Made by a program: the position numbers and the translations under genes. From Chiloscyllium plagiosum (Eukaryota): DNA of 46,348 bases. Shown here in pieces: positions 1 to 11,859 of the stretch. Position 1 is the stretch's first letter. Each line of letters starts with the position of its first letter. Under the pieces are notes generated by a model. That model did not search any database, was not told the DNA's origin, and saw only the letters and a list, made by a program, of their open reading frames with translations. Location of the stretch: the NCBI RefSeq assembly GCF_004010195.1, contig NC_057755.1, positions 4,463,285 through 4,509,632 of the forward strand, read 5' to 3'.

Positions 1-399
1 GATGTGGATGGTTTAGATATGGGGAGTCTGGTGAAATGGTAGGAGAACTGAAATAAAGTGAGATGTGAAGTGATCCTTGTTGGATGTGAGACTGAAGACA
101 AGATAAACTAAACGGTCAAATGTTACATTGGGAGTAGGAACACAGAAAGCTGCTGATTCATTTCTGTTCTGTTACATATCTTTAAGTTTCAGATTGAGAC
201 TGAATCACAATGGGGAAAGTCTGAAAAGCTGTTTACTGTCCCACATTAATGCATCATCAAAACATGAATTCCCTTTGCAGAGATAGGAAATGGAGTCAGC
301 TCTTTGAAGGTGTCTGTGTCTCTGTGTGTATCTCTGTGCATCTGTCTGCCTGGAGTGTGTGTCTGCTTATGTGTGATTCTATGTGAGTGTGTTCAATGT

Positions 400-899
400 N
401 NNNNNNNNNNNNNNNNNNNNNNNNNNNNNNNNNNNNNNNNNNNNNNNNNNNNNNNNNNNNNNNNNNNNNNNNNNNNNNNNNNNNNNNNNNNNNNNNNNNN
501 NNNNNNNNNNNNNNNNNNNNNNNNNNNNNNNNNNNNNNNNNNNNNNNNNNNNNNNNNNNNNNNNNNNNNNNNNNNNNNNNNNNNNNNNNNNNNNNNNNNN
601 NNNNNNNNNNNNNNNNNNNNNNNNNNNNNNNNNNNNNNNNNNNNNNNNNNNNNNNNNNNNNNNNNNNNNNNNNNNNNNNNNNNNNNNNNNNNNNNNNNNN
701 NNNNNNNNNNNNNNNNNNNNNNNNNNNNNNNNNNNNNNNNNNNNNNNNNNNNNNNNNNNNNNNNNNNNNNNNNNNNNNNNNNNNNNNNNNNNNNNNNNNN
801 NNNNNNNNNNNNNNNNNNNNNNNNNNNNNNNNNNNNNNNNNNNNNNNNNNNNNNNNNNNNNNNNNNNNNNNNNNNNNNNNNNNNNNNNNNNNNNNNNNN
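400..899. other. Assembly gap (500 N)
   Basis: Run of exactly 500 N; a fixed size implies a scaffolding join of unknown true length. Confidence 0.99.
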
Positions 900-980
900 T
901 TGCGCTTCGGCGGGTCGGTGTGGACATGTTGGGCCGAAGGGCCTGTTTCCACACTGTAATGTAATGTAATCTAATAATCT
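900..980 (+). mobile_element. 3' tail of HE1 SINE or CR1 (HER1) LINE
   Basis: ttgggccgaagggcctgtttccacactg followed by a (taatg/taatc)n tail, the 3' end shared by the SINEs and CR1 LINEs in this window. Confidence 0.8.
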
Positions 981-1133
981 GATATATCTCTCAGAATGCA
1001 CTCGAAGAACTTACCCAGCACTGACGTCAGGTCACTGGTCTGCTTTTCCTTGCAGCCTTTCATTAATAATGACACAAGATTAGCCACCCTCCAGTCTGCC
1101 AGTCGGTCACCCGTGGCTATCGATCACACAATC

Positions 1134-1400
1134 TGCCTCACAGCACCATAGGAACGGGTTTGACTTGGGTGACTGTCTGTGTGGAGTTTGTGCGTTCTTC
1201 CCGTGTCTGCGTGCATTTCCTCCGGGTGCTCCGGTTTCCTCCCACAATCCAAAGATGCGCAGATTAGGTGAATTGGCCATGCCAAATTGCCCATAGTGTT
1301 AGGGGAATGGGTCTGGGTGGGTTACTCTTCGGCGGGTGTGTGTGTGGAGTTGTTAGGCTGAAGGGCCTGTTTCCATACTGTAGGGAATCTAACCTAATCT
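1134..1400 (+). mobile_element. HE1-like V-SINE
   Basis: V-domain core ctgtctgtgtggagtttg...ttcctccgggtgctccggtttcctcccacaatccaaaga, then the CR1-type tail gaagggcctgtttccatactgtagggaatctaacctaatct. Confidence 0.85.
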
Positions 1401-1595
1401 GTTCAAGTCCTCAGCCCCAAAATCTGTATCTGGATCATCAATGCCCTTCCATCCATTGTAATTTCTAAATTAGAGATGCTTTCTCATGATCGAACCTTGT
1501 TCAGCGTCATTAATGTCTCAGTCGATAATGAAGATGTCTGTGTCCAGATACCCCCTAGGTTGGGCTGATAATTGACAAGTAATATTTGCAGCTGG

Positions 1596-1690
1596 AAATG
1601 TGTTGCTGGAAAAGCGCAGCAGGTCAGGCAGCATCCAGGGAACAGGAGAATCGACGTTTCGGGCATAAGCCCTTCTTCAGGAATGAGGAA
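1596..1690 (-). mobile_element. Penelope-like terminal repeat fragment with hammerhead ribozyme motif
   Basis: Minus strand reads cattc-CTGAAGA-A-GGGC-ttat-GCCC-GAAAC-GTC-gattc, then ctcctgttccctggatgctgcctgacctgctgcgcttttccagcaacacattt. Confidence 0.75.
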
Positions 1691-2228
1691 AGTTTGTAGA
1701 GGTAAATAGGAGGGTCGGGTCACATGCACGTTCCCTTTCAAGCCAGATTTCATTCTGACTCAGAAATATCATGCAGTTCCGTCATTCTTGCTGGGTAAAA
1801 ATCCTGCAACATTTCATGGGTACGTTTAAAAATAATCACAATTCCCGAACCTGCCAGAGATTCTCACTGAACCCAAGTGGTGGTTAGTAACCAAAGGATG
1901 TCCCATATCACAGAGAGCAGGAAAACATCCAAGGTTAAAGGCTGGTTGCTTGTTGCTGAGGTTCCGCCGAATTCAAGTCGTCAGTTATCCCAGCGATAAT
2001 CCGTATCACGGTTCATTTTGCTGAGTCCAATGAATTGCCCTTGCTGGTGTTCTTTGTTTATAACGACAGAGAAATGAAAATATGCAAACTCCATGCAGAT
2101 AGTTGCTTGATGCTGGAATTGAATATGGGCTTCTGAGAATGTGAGACAGGAATGTTAGCCATTGTGGATTGAAAGTACCCATAAGGCTCTGCGGATTCAG
2201 GCCATTACCAAAGATATTGGGGCGTGAG

Positions 2229-2578
2229 GGCAATGGCCGAATTACATTACCTGTAGATTGTTAATTCAAGTACTTAGGTAATGTTCTCAGAGCTGGGGTC
2301 GAAATTCAACATGGCAGACGGTGAAATTTTGTTTCAATAAAAATCTCGACTAATGGCTCTAATGGTGATGATGGAACAGTTATCAATTGACAGGGAAAAT
2401 GCCATCTCCTTCATTAATATCCTTTAGGGAAGATAATCCATCGCCCTTATCTGGTCTGACCTGCATGTTACTCTAGACTCAGAACAATCTTGTTAACTCT
2501 TACCTGCCCTGTGTTGTAACTCGGGAAACGTGGCAAGTGTTGGCCAAACCATTAATCGCTCAATGAATAAAGGAAAAT
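2229..2578 (+). mobile_element. Old tRNA-derived SINE (second family)
   Basis: Degenerate tRNA-like head, core cctttagggaagataatccatcgcccttatctggtctgacctgcatg, A-rich end; reverse-complement relative at about 35290-35625. Confidence 0.65.
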
Positions 2579-3204
2579 GGAGCTCGTCATGAACAGCCAG
2601 CTCCCCAGTGCAGATGGCTGCCCTCTTGGTAGACCTTTCCCTGGGATTGGATTTCCCTGCGCTAAGTCCATCATCAGAAATATGAAATGATCCACTCCCG
2701 ATTTGACTGACGTTTGAACATAAGGCATTCTCCATTTGACTCAGCCATGTACCTGGAGTAGGAAAGGCCAGTGCATCAGCCAGTATCCAGTACAGACAAC
2801 TGAGTCAAAATGATCTGTCTCCTGGCTTTGAGACAAGCCAGAGCCCATCGTCTGCATTGATGAATGGTCCACTCTAGTTCCCAGGACCTAAGTCTCAGAA
2901 TTGACAGTCTCGTGAAAAGACCATTAGGCCATCCCCAACACCCCCCACCCCGTCCCACGTATTTAGTTATGGCCTGAATCCACAGAGCGTTAAGGGTTGC
3001 ACTGTGACACAGTGGTTATCGTTGCTGTCTCAGAGTGTCAGACACCGGAATTCATTATAGCCTTGGAGGACTGTCTGTGTGGAGTCAATGCCTTTTCACT
3101 TGAGATTGGATTTCCCCGCACTGAGTCCACTGAGTCCATCCTTGATTTAAAAACAAAAGAATACATCCACGAGGATCATGGGAACTGGATCTTCAGATGA
3201 TCAC

Positions 3205-3826
3205 AGAACATAGAACACAAAACAGAGAGCATTACAGTGCAGAACGGGCCCTTCAGCTCTCAACGTTGCGCTGACCTGTAAACTAACCAAAGCCCATCCC
3301 CTTACACTATTCCATCAGCATCTATTTGCTTATCCAAGAATTGTTTAAATGCCCCTAATGTAGCTGAGGTAACTACATTGGCAAGCAGGGCATTCCACGC
3401 TCTTATCACTCTCTGAGTTAAGAACCTGCCTCTGATATTTGTCTTAAATCTATTACCTGTCAATTTGTAGGTATGCCCCCTCCTAAAAGCTGAAGTCATC
3501 ATCCTAGGAAAAAATCTTGTATAATCCTCTGATCATCTTGGATGTCTCTATCAAATCCCCTCTTAGCCTTCTTCTTTCCAGTGAAAACAGACACAAGTGT
3601 CTCAGCCTTTCCACATCAGACCATCCCTCCAGACCGGGCAACAGCCATGTAAATCTCCTCTGCACCTTTGCAAATGCTTCCACAGCCTTCCTGTAATGGG
3701 GCGACCAGAACTGTACACAATATTCCAAGTGCGACCGCACTAGCATTTTTTATAGTAGCAGTATGACATTACGGCTCCGGAACTCAATCCCTCTACCAAT
3801 GAAATCTAACACACCGCATACCTCCT
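3205..3826 (-). mobile_element. CR1 LINE 3' fragment
   Basis: ORFs 3504-3746 (LVRSHLEYCVQFWSPHYRK) and 3302-3502 (RGHTYKL...FLTQRVIRAWNAL) are the CR1 ORF2 C-terminus; (agaac)n tail near 3205. Confidence 0.93.
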
Positions 3827-4399
3827 AGAATCAGAATCTTCCTTTTCCTGTTCCACCTCACCCTGCATGCTTGGGGGCATCAGTAGTGCTCTACATATTG
3901 AAATATAAGTATTTCTGTCATTGATTCATGTCTACAGTGTGTCCCTAGAATTCCACTTGTGAAATCCTCTCACTGATACATCATTTTCTTTCTTCAAATA
4001 TCTGCATCCTGTCGAACTTCGTCAGATAAACTCCTGGATTCATAAGGTTTATATACATGAAACGTTTTACATTTGTTTCTTTGTCTTGTTCCATACTTAC
4101 AGTAAAAGTAAACGTATTAATGTGTCAGATCTCAAGGATAAGTCTCTCTCTGACAATTCATCACAAGACCAGTTTTGTTCTAGAAGATTGCACTGAGAAT
4201 TGCTGTCTGCTCATTGGGATGTTGCGTGCTAACCGTGTTGGGTAAAACATAATACAAAATTATAGTGCTGTCAGTGCCTTTAACACTGCTCATATCCCAA
4301 ATATTATTCGAGAGTTGCAATCACCAACTAGTCATGCTTTGTCGTTTTAACATTCAGCAATGTCTCACATCCTGCTCTCGTATTCCCCTCAGACGATTT

Positions 4400-5185
4400 G
4401 GTTATCTACACTAAACTACTGGCACTGCCGCAGCTACGTTTCTTTTAAAAGTCCTCTTCTGTTGATTCATTTATTATATCGCTTGGTCCCTGTTAACCAG
4501 AATGAAGGGGGAAGTCATCAATCGAGGGCGAAGCAGCTATATTGGATCGACAAGGATGGTAGGTGACACAAGTAGAACAGATCAAGATGGAGTAACAGGA
4601 AACAGGACATGAGGACGTGTATTCGAGGTAACAGTGGGAATCTGGTGGGTTTGTCTTGGATATTGGTGTGTACAATGTTTCCCCAAAAATGGAAACAGAG
4701 AGGTTAAAGAATGGAAAATTCAGAATCATATCAGCTGGCCGTGAGGGAACGCTTGAAATTTTGAGCAAATTAATGTATTTCCTTCTAATCTGGCAAGAGC
4801 AGGAATAACACTAATCGCATCATTGATATATTGGAGAAAGTATTATGAGTGGAGTACTAAATAGAAGTGCACCAAGGAATATTCCACATCCGCAAAAAGG
4901 AGACAGAATGCAACTATGACCATCCATCATTCCCCACCCCACCTCACACACCCTCACTACCCCGCCCCCCCACCCCCTCCCGAACCGCACTTTTGAATTG
5001 GAGAAAGTGAGATAAATTATTGAAAAAACTTGCAAATGAACACGGTCACGGTGAAAGTGAGTAGCGATAGATGGGAACTGTTCAGGTTTCTTTTTGAGTG
5101 AGAAGCAGAGACCCTTCAGACCATCCTGATGGGAGATGGATGTGCAGAGGGATTGCACGTCTATGGTGAGGAACTAGGGCCAAAG
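4400..5185 (-). mobile_element. Penelope-like element, degenerate RT
   Basis: Translations QSLCTSISHQDGLKGLCFSL and FFNLSVSIFGETLYT...PPDSHCYLEYTSSCP match the PLE RT motifs DVxSLYTSIPH and KPTDSHSYLDYTSSHP. Confidence 0.85.
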
Positions 5186-6912
5186 AGGAAAGTGAGAAAC
5201 TGTGCAACTAACACAGCCTCAGAAGCGTCGTGAATGTACGTGTTGCTTTCAATTGCCATTTCCAGAAATCATAATATTTCCATGCAATCACTTCCCCCTA
5301 CACCTCGAGATTTCACTTCCTACCATGACCTTTGTTGCGTCATTGTTTTTGAAAAAGAAGCTAAGGTCAGTACATGACCCCTTCATCAATAACATTTGTT
5401 GCACCCTTAAAGACATTCCACAGAATCACAAAACAGCATTGACACTGCCAGATTAACTTGAACTGATCAATGTGTCCTACTGTGTCAGATTAAATAATAC
5501 CTTCCATCAGTGTCGCTGAGACATGTTAAGCCAACTGGCCTACACGTACTGCTTCCTGTCTCCCTTTTGTAATGCCGGGATTTCACCTCCTATCTTTCAA
5601 TACTCTGGGAGTGAACTATTAATCACCTGGAAGAGTGAATCTGATAGTAAAGCTCTTTCACTGGCTGAATAGCGGTTTCCACATTCTGTATCAAAGTACA
5701 TGATTTCTTTAGGTGTTGAAAGATTGTGACTCATGTGGCCAAGGCAATGGAAGTGAATCCATATTTATCCAGACATCCAAGATGCCGCTGGACAATGGCA
5801 ACATTGTACACTTCTCACTGCCCTCATGTATTCCTATACTTGAGTGCATGTGACAAGAAAATCATATTCTAGTTCTAACTTTAACATCAAATCTCATGCC
5901 AATCAATTTAACAAAACAGTCACATTAATTAGTCATTTAGCCAATACATTCATGTATGGCTTGTTTTGTGCACATCAAACTGAAAGCAATAGTGGCAATG
6001 ACATTAGAACATTACATAATATAATATTTACAACAGGAAACTCAAAATTTGATGTACTGTCAGCGAGTTTATCTCCACAGGTGATGGGAATTCTCCTCAG
6101 ACAGACTGTACTGAGACTGCTTTTCACCCAGGTCTCATTCCCCATCTCATTCAGATCAGTATTTCTGATATGACACCCGTACACTTACAGCAAACAAATG
6201 TCAGTTAGAATGTGAAACTGCTCACGTTAGAAATTTACTGTGTTCAACTGACAATCGTGTTACACAACAGTTACATCAGAGGGAACAATACTCTTCGAAT
6301 ACAATGACAGCTTCAAAGCTAGTTACAGGATACATTCTCGTTGCAATGATGGGAACCAATTTGCTACACTTTTGGCCTGACAACTAAGTTTTGTTCCTCG
6401 TAACCACAAACGCTGACCAATGTTGGATCACCAGGACTAAATGCAAGTCTGCATCACAAGAACTGACCAAACATCAAATGATCATTCAGGATTTTCAGAC
6501 AGTATTCAAGCTTTTAGCAGAAGGGCTTTCATAACCTGCTATATGCACCAACCACTTACTGATAGTGGTTGTCTGAAAATGCTTCAGAGTTGAGAAAAAT
6601 CTCGAAGAAAGTTCAGCCAGTGCATCTGTCGGGTCAGTGTATTTCAACATTGTTAAAATCTGATTTAATTGACATTCAGCAATTTGATGAATTCCTGTGC
6701 GCAGATGTCATTCCCCTTCCCATCTAAGAACACACACGTGCTAAACATCCGGAAATATCTATTAAACGTTTATACACCCAACAATTTCATTTGTACATTT
6801 TTTTCTGAATATTCTGGCAACCATAATCTTAGCTGTCAAAATGTTTTGTTCACTCGTGCTTCATCAATTAATTCAGCGGTGTTGGAGTTCGATGGCTGGA
6901 CCAGAATCTATT

Positions 6913-9790
6913 GTCATGGAGTCACAGAGTCATAGAGATGCACAGCACTGAAACAGACCCTTTGTTCAACTCGTCCATGCCGAACTAAATATCACAACCT
7001 AATCTAGTTTCACTTGCTAGCACCCGGCCCATATCCCTCTCAATCCTTCCTATTCATATAACCAACCATATGCCTTTTAAATTGTACCAGCTCCACCACT
7101 TCCTCTCGTATCTCATTCCATACACATACCACACTCAATGTGAAAATGTTTCCTTAGATCTCTTTTTTATCTTTCCCCTCTCACCCTAAACCTATGCCCT
7201 CTAGTTCTGGACTCCCCCATCCCAGGGAAATGATATTGCCTATTTATCCTTTCCATGTCCCTCATGATTTTGTAAACTTCTATATTGTCACCCTTCAGCC
7301 TCTGACGCTCCAGAGAAAACAGGTACAGTTGATTCAACCTCTCCTGATAGCTGAAATGCTCCAACCCTGGAAACTCTGGTAATTTTTTTTCTGAATCCTT
7401 TCAAGTTTCACAACATGCTTCCAAGGGTAATGAGACCAGAATTGCACACAATATTCCAAAAGTGGTCCAACCAATGTCTTGTACAGCTGCAACATGACCT
7501 CCCAACTCCTGTACTCAATACTCTGACCAATAAAGGAAAGCAGACCAAATGCCTTCTTCATTATCCTATTAACCTGCGACTCCACTTTCAAGGAGCAATT
7601 AACCTGCACTTGAAGGTCTCTTGGTTCTGCAACACTCCCTCAGACCTTACCAAGAATAGTGTAAGTCCTTCTGATATTTGCTTTCCCAAGTTGCAGCATC
7701 TCGCATTTATCTAAATTAAACTGCATCTGCCCCTTTTCAGCCCACTGGCCCATGTGACCAAGGTCCCGTTGTAATCTGAGGTCACGTTCTTCGCTGTCTA
7801 CAACATCTCCAATTTTGGTTTCATTTGCAAACCTACTAACAATAACTCCTATGTTCACATCCAAGTCATTTGTATAAATGATGAAACGTAATGGACACAG
7901 CATCAACCTTGTGGCAGTCCACTGGTTACAGGCCTCCAGTCTGAAAAACAACCCTCCATCACCATCTTTTACCTTCGAGCCAGTTCTGTAACCAAATGGC
8001 TAGTTCTCCCTGCATTCCATGAGATCTAAACTTGCGAACCAGTTTCCCAGGGTTTACGTTGTCGAACGCATTACTGAAGTCCAAATAAATCACATCTACC
8101 CCTCTGTCCTCATCAACCCTCTTTGATGCTTTAGAAAACTCAGTCAAGTTTATGAGACATGATTTCCCACGCACAAGGCCATGTTGACTATCCCTAATCA
8201 GTCCTTGCATTTAGAAATACGTGTAAATCTAGCCCTTAGGATTCCGTCCAACAACCTGCCCACTACCGACATCAGGCTCACTGGTCTATCATTCCCTGGC
8301 TTGGAACTCTCGTTATCACATTGCTGAAGGAATCACAATGTCCAGCTGTACCTTTACCTATGAACATCTGCTCCCCAATCACCTTTTGAAAGTTCTTACC
8401 CAATATAGTAAAAACTAGACTTCCTACTCAGTCAAGTTTATGAGACATGATTTCCCACGCACAAGGCCATGTTGACTATCCCTAATCAGTCCTTGCATTT
8501 AGAAATACGTGTAAATCTAGCCCTTAGGATTCCGTCCAACAACCTGCCCACCAACGACATCAGGCTCACTGGTCTGTCATTCCCTGGCTTGTCCTTACCA
8601 ACTTTCTTAAATAGTGGCACCACATTTTACACTGTCCAGTTTTCCAGCACCTCACCTGTGACTATCGGTGATACACATATCTCAGCAAGAGGCCCAGCAA
8701 ATCACTTCTCTAGCTTCCCACAGATTTCTAGGGTCCACCTGATCAGGTCCTGAGGATTTATCCACTTCTATGCGTTTCAACACATCCAGCACTTCCTCCT
8801 CTGGAAAATGGACATTTTTCAAGCTGTCACTATCTCTTTCCTTACATCCTATATCTTCCATGTCCTTCTCCACAGCAAACACTAATGCAACTACTCATTT
8901 AGTATCTCCCCCATCTCCTGCGGCTCCACACAAAGGCAGACTTGCTGATCTTTGAGGGGCCCTATTCTCTCCATGGTTACACTATTGTCCCTCATGTATT
9001 TGTAAAAACCCTTCAGATTCTCCTTAACATTATTTGCCACAGCTTTCTCCTATCCCCTTTTTGCCCTCCTGATTTCTCTCTAAAGTATACTCCTGCTGCC
9101 TTTATACTCTTCTAAGTATTCACTCGATCTCTCCTGTCTTTGTCTGACACATACTTCCTTCTTTTTCTGAACCAAACCATCAATTTCTCCAGTCATTCAG
9201 CATTCCCCGCACCTACCAGCCTTTCCGTTCACCCTAACAGGAATATACTGGCTCAGAACTCTCGTTATCACATTGCTGAAGGAATCACAATGTCCAGCTG
9301 TACCTTTACCTGTGAACATCTGCTCCCCAATCACCTTTTGAAAGTTCTTACCCAATATAGTAAAAACTAGACTTCCTCCAATTTAGAACTTGAACTTTTA
9401 GTTCTGGTCTGTCCTTTTCCATCACTATTTTAAAACTGATAGAATGATGGTTGCTGACCCCGAAGCACTCCCCCACTGACACCTGCCCTGCCTTATTTCT
9501 CAAGAGTAGGTCCAGTTTTGCACCTTCCCTAGTAGGTACATCCATATTTTGAATCAGAAAAATTTCTTGTACACACTTAACAAATTACTCTCCATCTAAA
9601 CCCTTAACATGCCCAGTCTGTGTTTGGCAAGTTAAAATCCACCACCATAACCACCCTATTATACTTTGTGATAACTCGAATCTCCTTACAAGTTTGTTTC
9701 TCAATTTCCCGCTGACTATTAGGAGGTCTATAAGACAATCCACAAAAGGTGATCATCACTTTCTTATTTCTCAGTTCCACCCAAATAACT
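6913..9790 (-). mobile_element. CR1 LINE, most of ORF2 (endonuclease C-terminal part plus RT), degenerate
   Basis: ORF pieces PTREGAKLDLLL...SNHHSI (APE), [31 protein letters not shown]...SRFANETK, LEYCVQFWS; (gagtcata)n tail at 6913. Confidence 0.95.
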
Positions 9791-10034
9791 TCCTTCCGTT
9801 AGAACATGGTGATAAGCTGTTTTCTTGTGCCCTCCTGATTGTGTAGGAACAGTTGGTCGTTGATATGTTTATGCATTGGTGAAGGGAGAGGGAATTTTCA
9901 GGATTTTTACAGAGGGACAATGAAGAAATCGCCCTAGTTCCAGAGGGTTGTATTCTCATACAGAGAGAGAGAGAGAGAGCTGATGGTGATTTCAATCTCA
10001 GCATCATCTCATGTCTTTGCATCTCACATCAGCC

Positions 10035-10266
10035 CTCCTGTCAACTGTGCTGACTGAGCCCAACTAGAATGTTTGGTTTGTGATATTGAATAACACCAAA
10101 AGTGCAGGTTCAATTCCAACGCTGCATAAGATCACCATGAAGGTCCCATCTTCTCAACCTCGCTCCTCCCCTGAGGCAAGACGACCCTCAGGTTAAATCG
10201 CTTCTAGTTGTGTCTCATTAATGAGAGAGCAGCCCAATGCTCAAATGGGGCGATGGTAACTCTACT
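10035..10266 (+). mobile_element. Old tRNA-derived SINE (third family); paralog at about 14650-14876
   Basis: B-box-like ggttcaattcc, then ttctcaacctc...cctgagg...ctcaggttaaa...taatgagagagcagccc tail, present in both duplication units. Confidence 0.5.
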
Positions 10267-10267
10267 C

Positions 10268-10550
10268 AAGGAATATACATCCTGCCAAAGGTGACAAATT
10301 TCAACTGGGACCATCCACTACCACTCCCCCTGCAGGTAGCCAGAACCACCCTTCTGACTTGGAGAAAATGAGACAAACTGATGAAAGAAACAAAAATAGC
10401 GAACGAACGCATTCTGACGAAAGAGGTTGGCAAACTGTTCAGGTCTTTTTTTTTGAGTAAGAAGCAGAAGACCTTCAGGCCATCCTGATGGGAGATGAAA
10501 GTGTAGAGAGATTGGACAGCTATGGTGGAGATCGAGGGCCAAAGAGAAAA
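10268..10550 (-). mobile_element. Penelope-like RT fragment (duplicate of 4874-5185)
   Basis: ORF 10318-10566 (EGLLLLTQKKRPEQFANLFRQ) and direct nucleotide similarity to 4874-5185. Confidence 0.75.
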
Positions 10551-11859
10551 GCGACCAAGTGTGCAACTAACAAAGCCTCAGAAGCATTGTGAATGCACGT
10601 GTTACTTTCGATTGCCCTCCATTTCCAGAATCCATAATGTTTCCATGCAATCTTTTCCCCCTACGCCTCGAGCCTTCACTTCCTGCCATGACCTTTGTTG
10701 TCACTGATTTTGAAAACTAAGCTCAGCTCAGTACGTCCCCTTTATCAATAACATTTGTTGTATCCTTAAAGACATTCAACAGAATCACAAAACAGCATTG
10801 ATGCTGCCAGATTAACTTGAACTATATCGGATTGTATAATACCTTCCTTCAGTATCCCACCTGACCGATGGTCACTGCTTCCTGCCTCCCTTTTGTAATG
10901 CAGGGATTCCACCTCCCATCTTTCACTATTATGGGAGTGAGCTATTAATCACCAGGGAGAGTGATGGTGTCAAGAGTTGGATAGTAAAGTTCTTTCACTG
11001 GCTCAATAGCGGTTTCCACATTCTCCATCGGAGGACATGATCTCTTTAGGAGCTGAAAGATTGTGACTGGTGTGTGGCCAAGGTGATGGAAGTGAAACTA
11101 TATTTATCCAGACATCCAAGATGGCGCTGGAGAACGAAAACACTGCACACTTTGCACTGCCCTCATGTATTCCGATACCTCAGAGGATGTGACAATAAAA
11201 TTTCTTTCCACTTCTACTTTTAACATCAAGTCCCATGTCAGTCAGATTAACAAAACAGTCACATTAATTAGTCTTTTAGCCAATACACTCATGCATGGCT
11301 TGTATTGTGCACATCACATTGAAAGCAATAGCTGGCAATGTCATTAAGTAATTACATAAGACAATATATAAAACTGGAAATTCAAGTTTTGAAGTACTGA
11401 CAGCGAGTTTATCTCCACATGACAGGTGATGGGAACCCTTCTCAAACAGATCATACTGAGGCTGCTCTTCACCCATTCGCAATCTCCTTCACATCAGTAT
11501 TTTTTTGAAATCATACTCTTACATTAACAGCAATGAAATATTGTCAGTTTGAATGTGAAACTACTCGCTCCAGAAATTGCTATGCTCACCTGACACTTGT
11601 GTTATCCTTGATGTACGGGGCATTCGGGATTTTGCTGAATTTCTTTGTGCTAGGGTCGTGACCCTTCCTATCCAAGAACACACACGCGCTAAACATCCGA
11701 AAATATCTGTCAAATGTTTACACACCAACAATTTTATTTGCACATTTTTTTCTGAATATTCTGGCAGCCGTAATATTGGCTGTCAAAATGTTTTGTTCAC
11801 TCATGTTGAATCAATTAATTCAGTGGTCTTGGAGTTCGATGGCTGGACCTGAATTTATT

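Noticed and set aside
296..1001. Long ORFs spanning the gaps (also 18552-19083 and 43318-44268)
   Set aside because: They are open only because N runs contain no stop codons.
4060..4245. ttacAG acceptor resembling the GPCR exon 2 acceptors
   Set aside because: The downstream translation has no GPCR motifs.
6555..6655. Minus-strand mini-exon MLKYTDPTDALAELSSRFF ending at GTAAG
   Set aside because: No recognisable partner exons, and it is absent from duplication unit B; compatible with chance.
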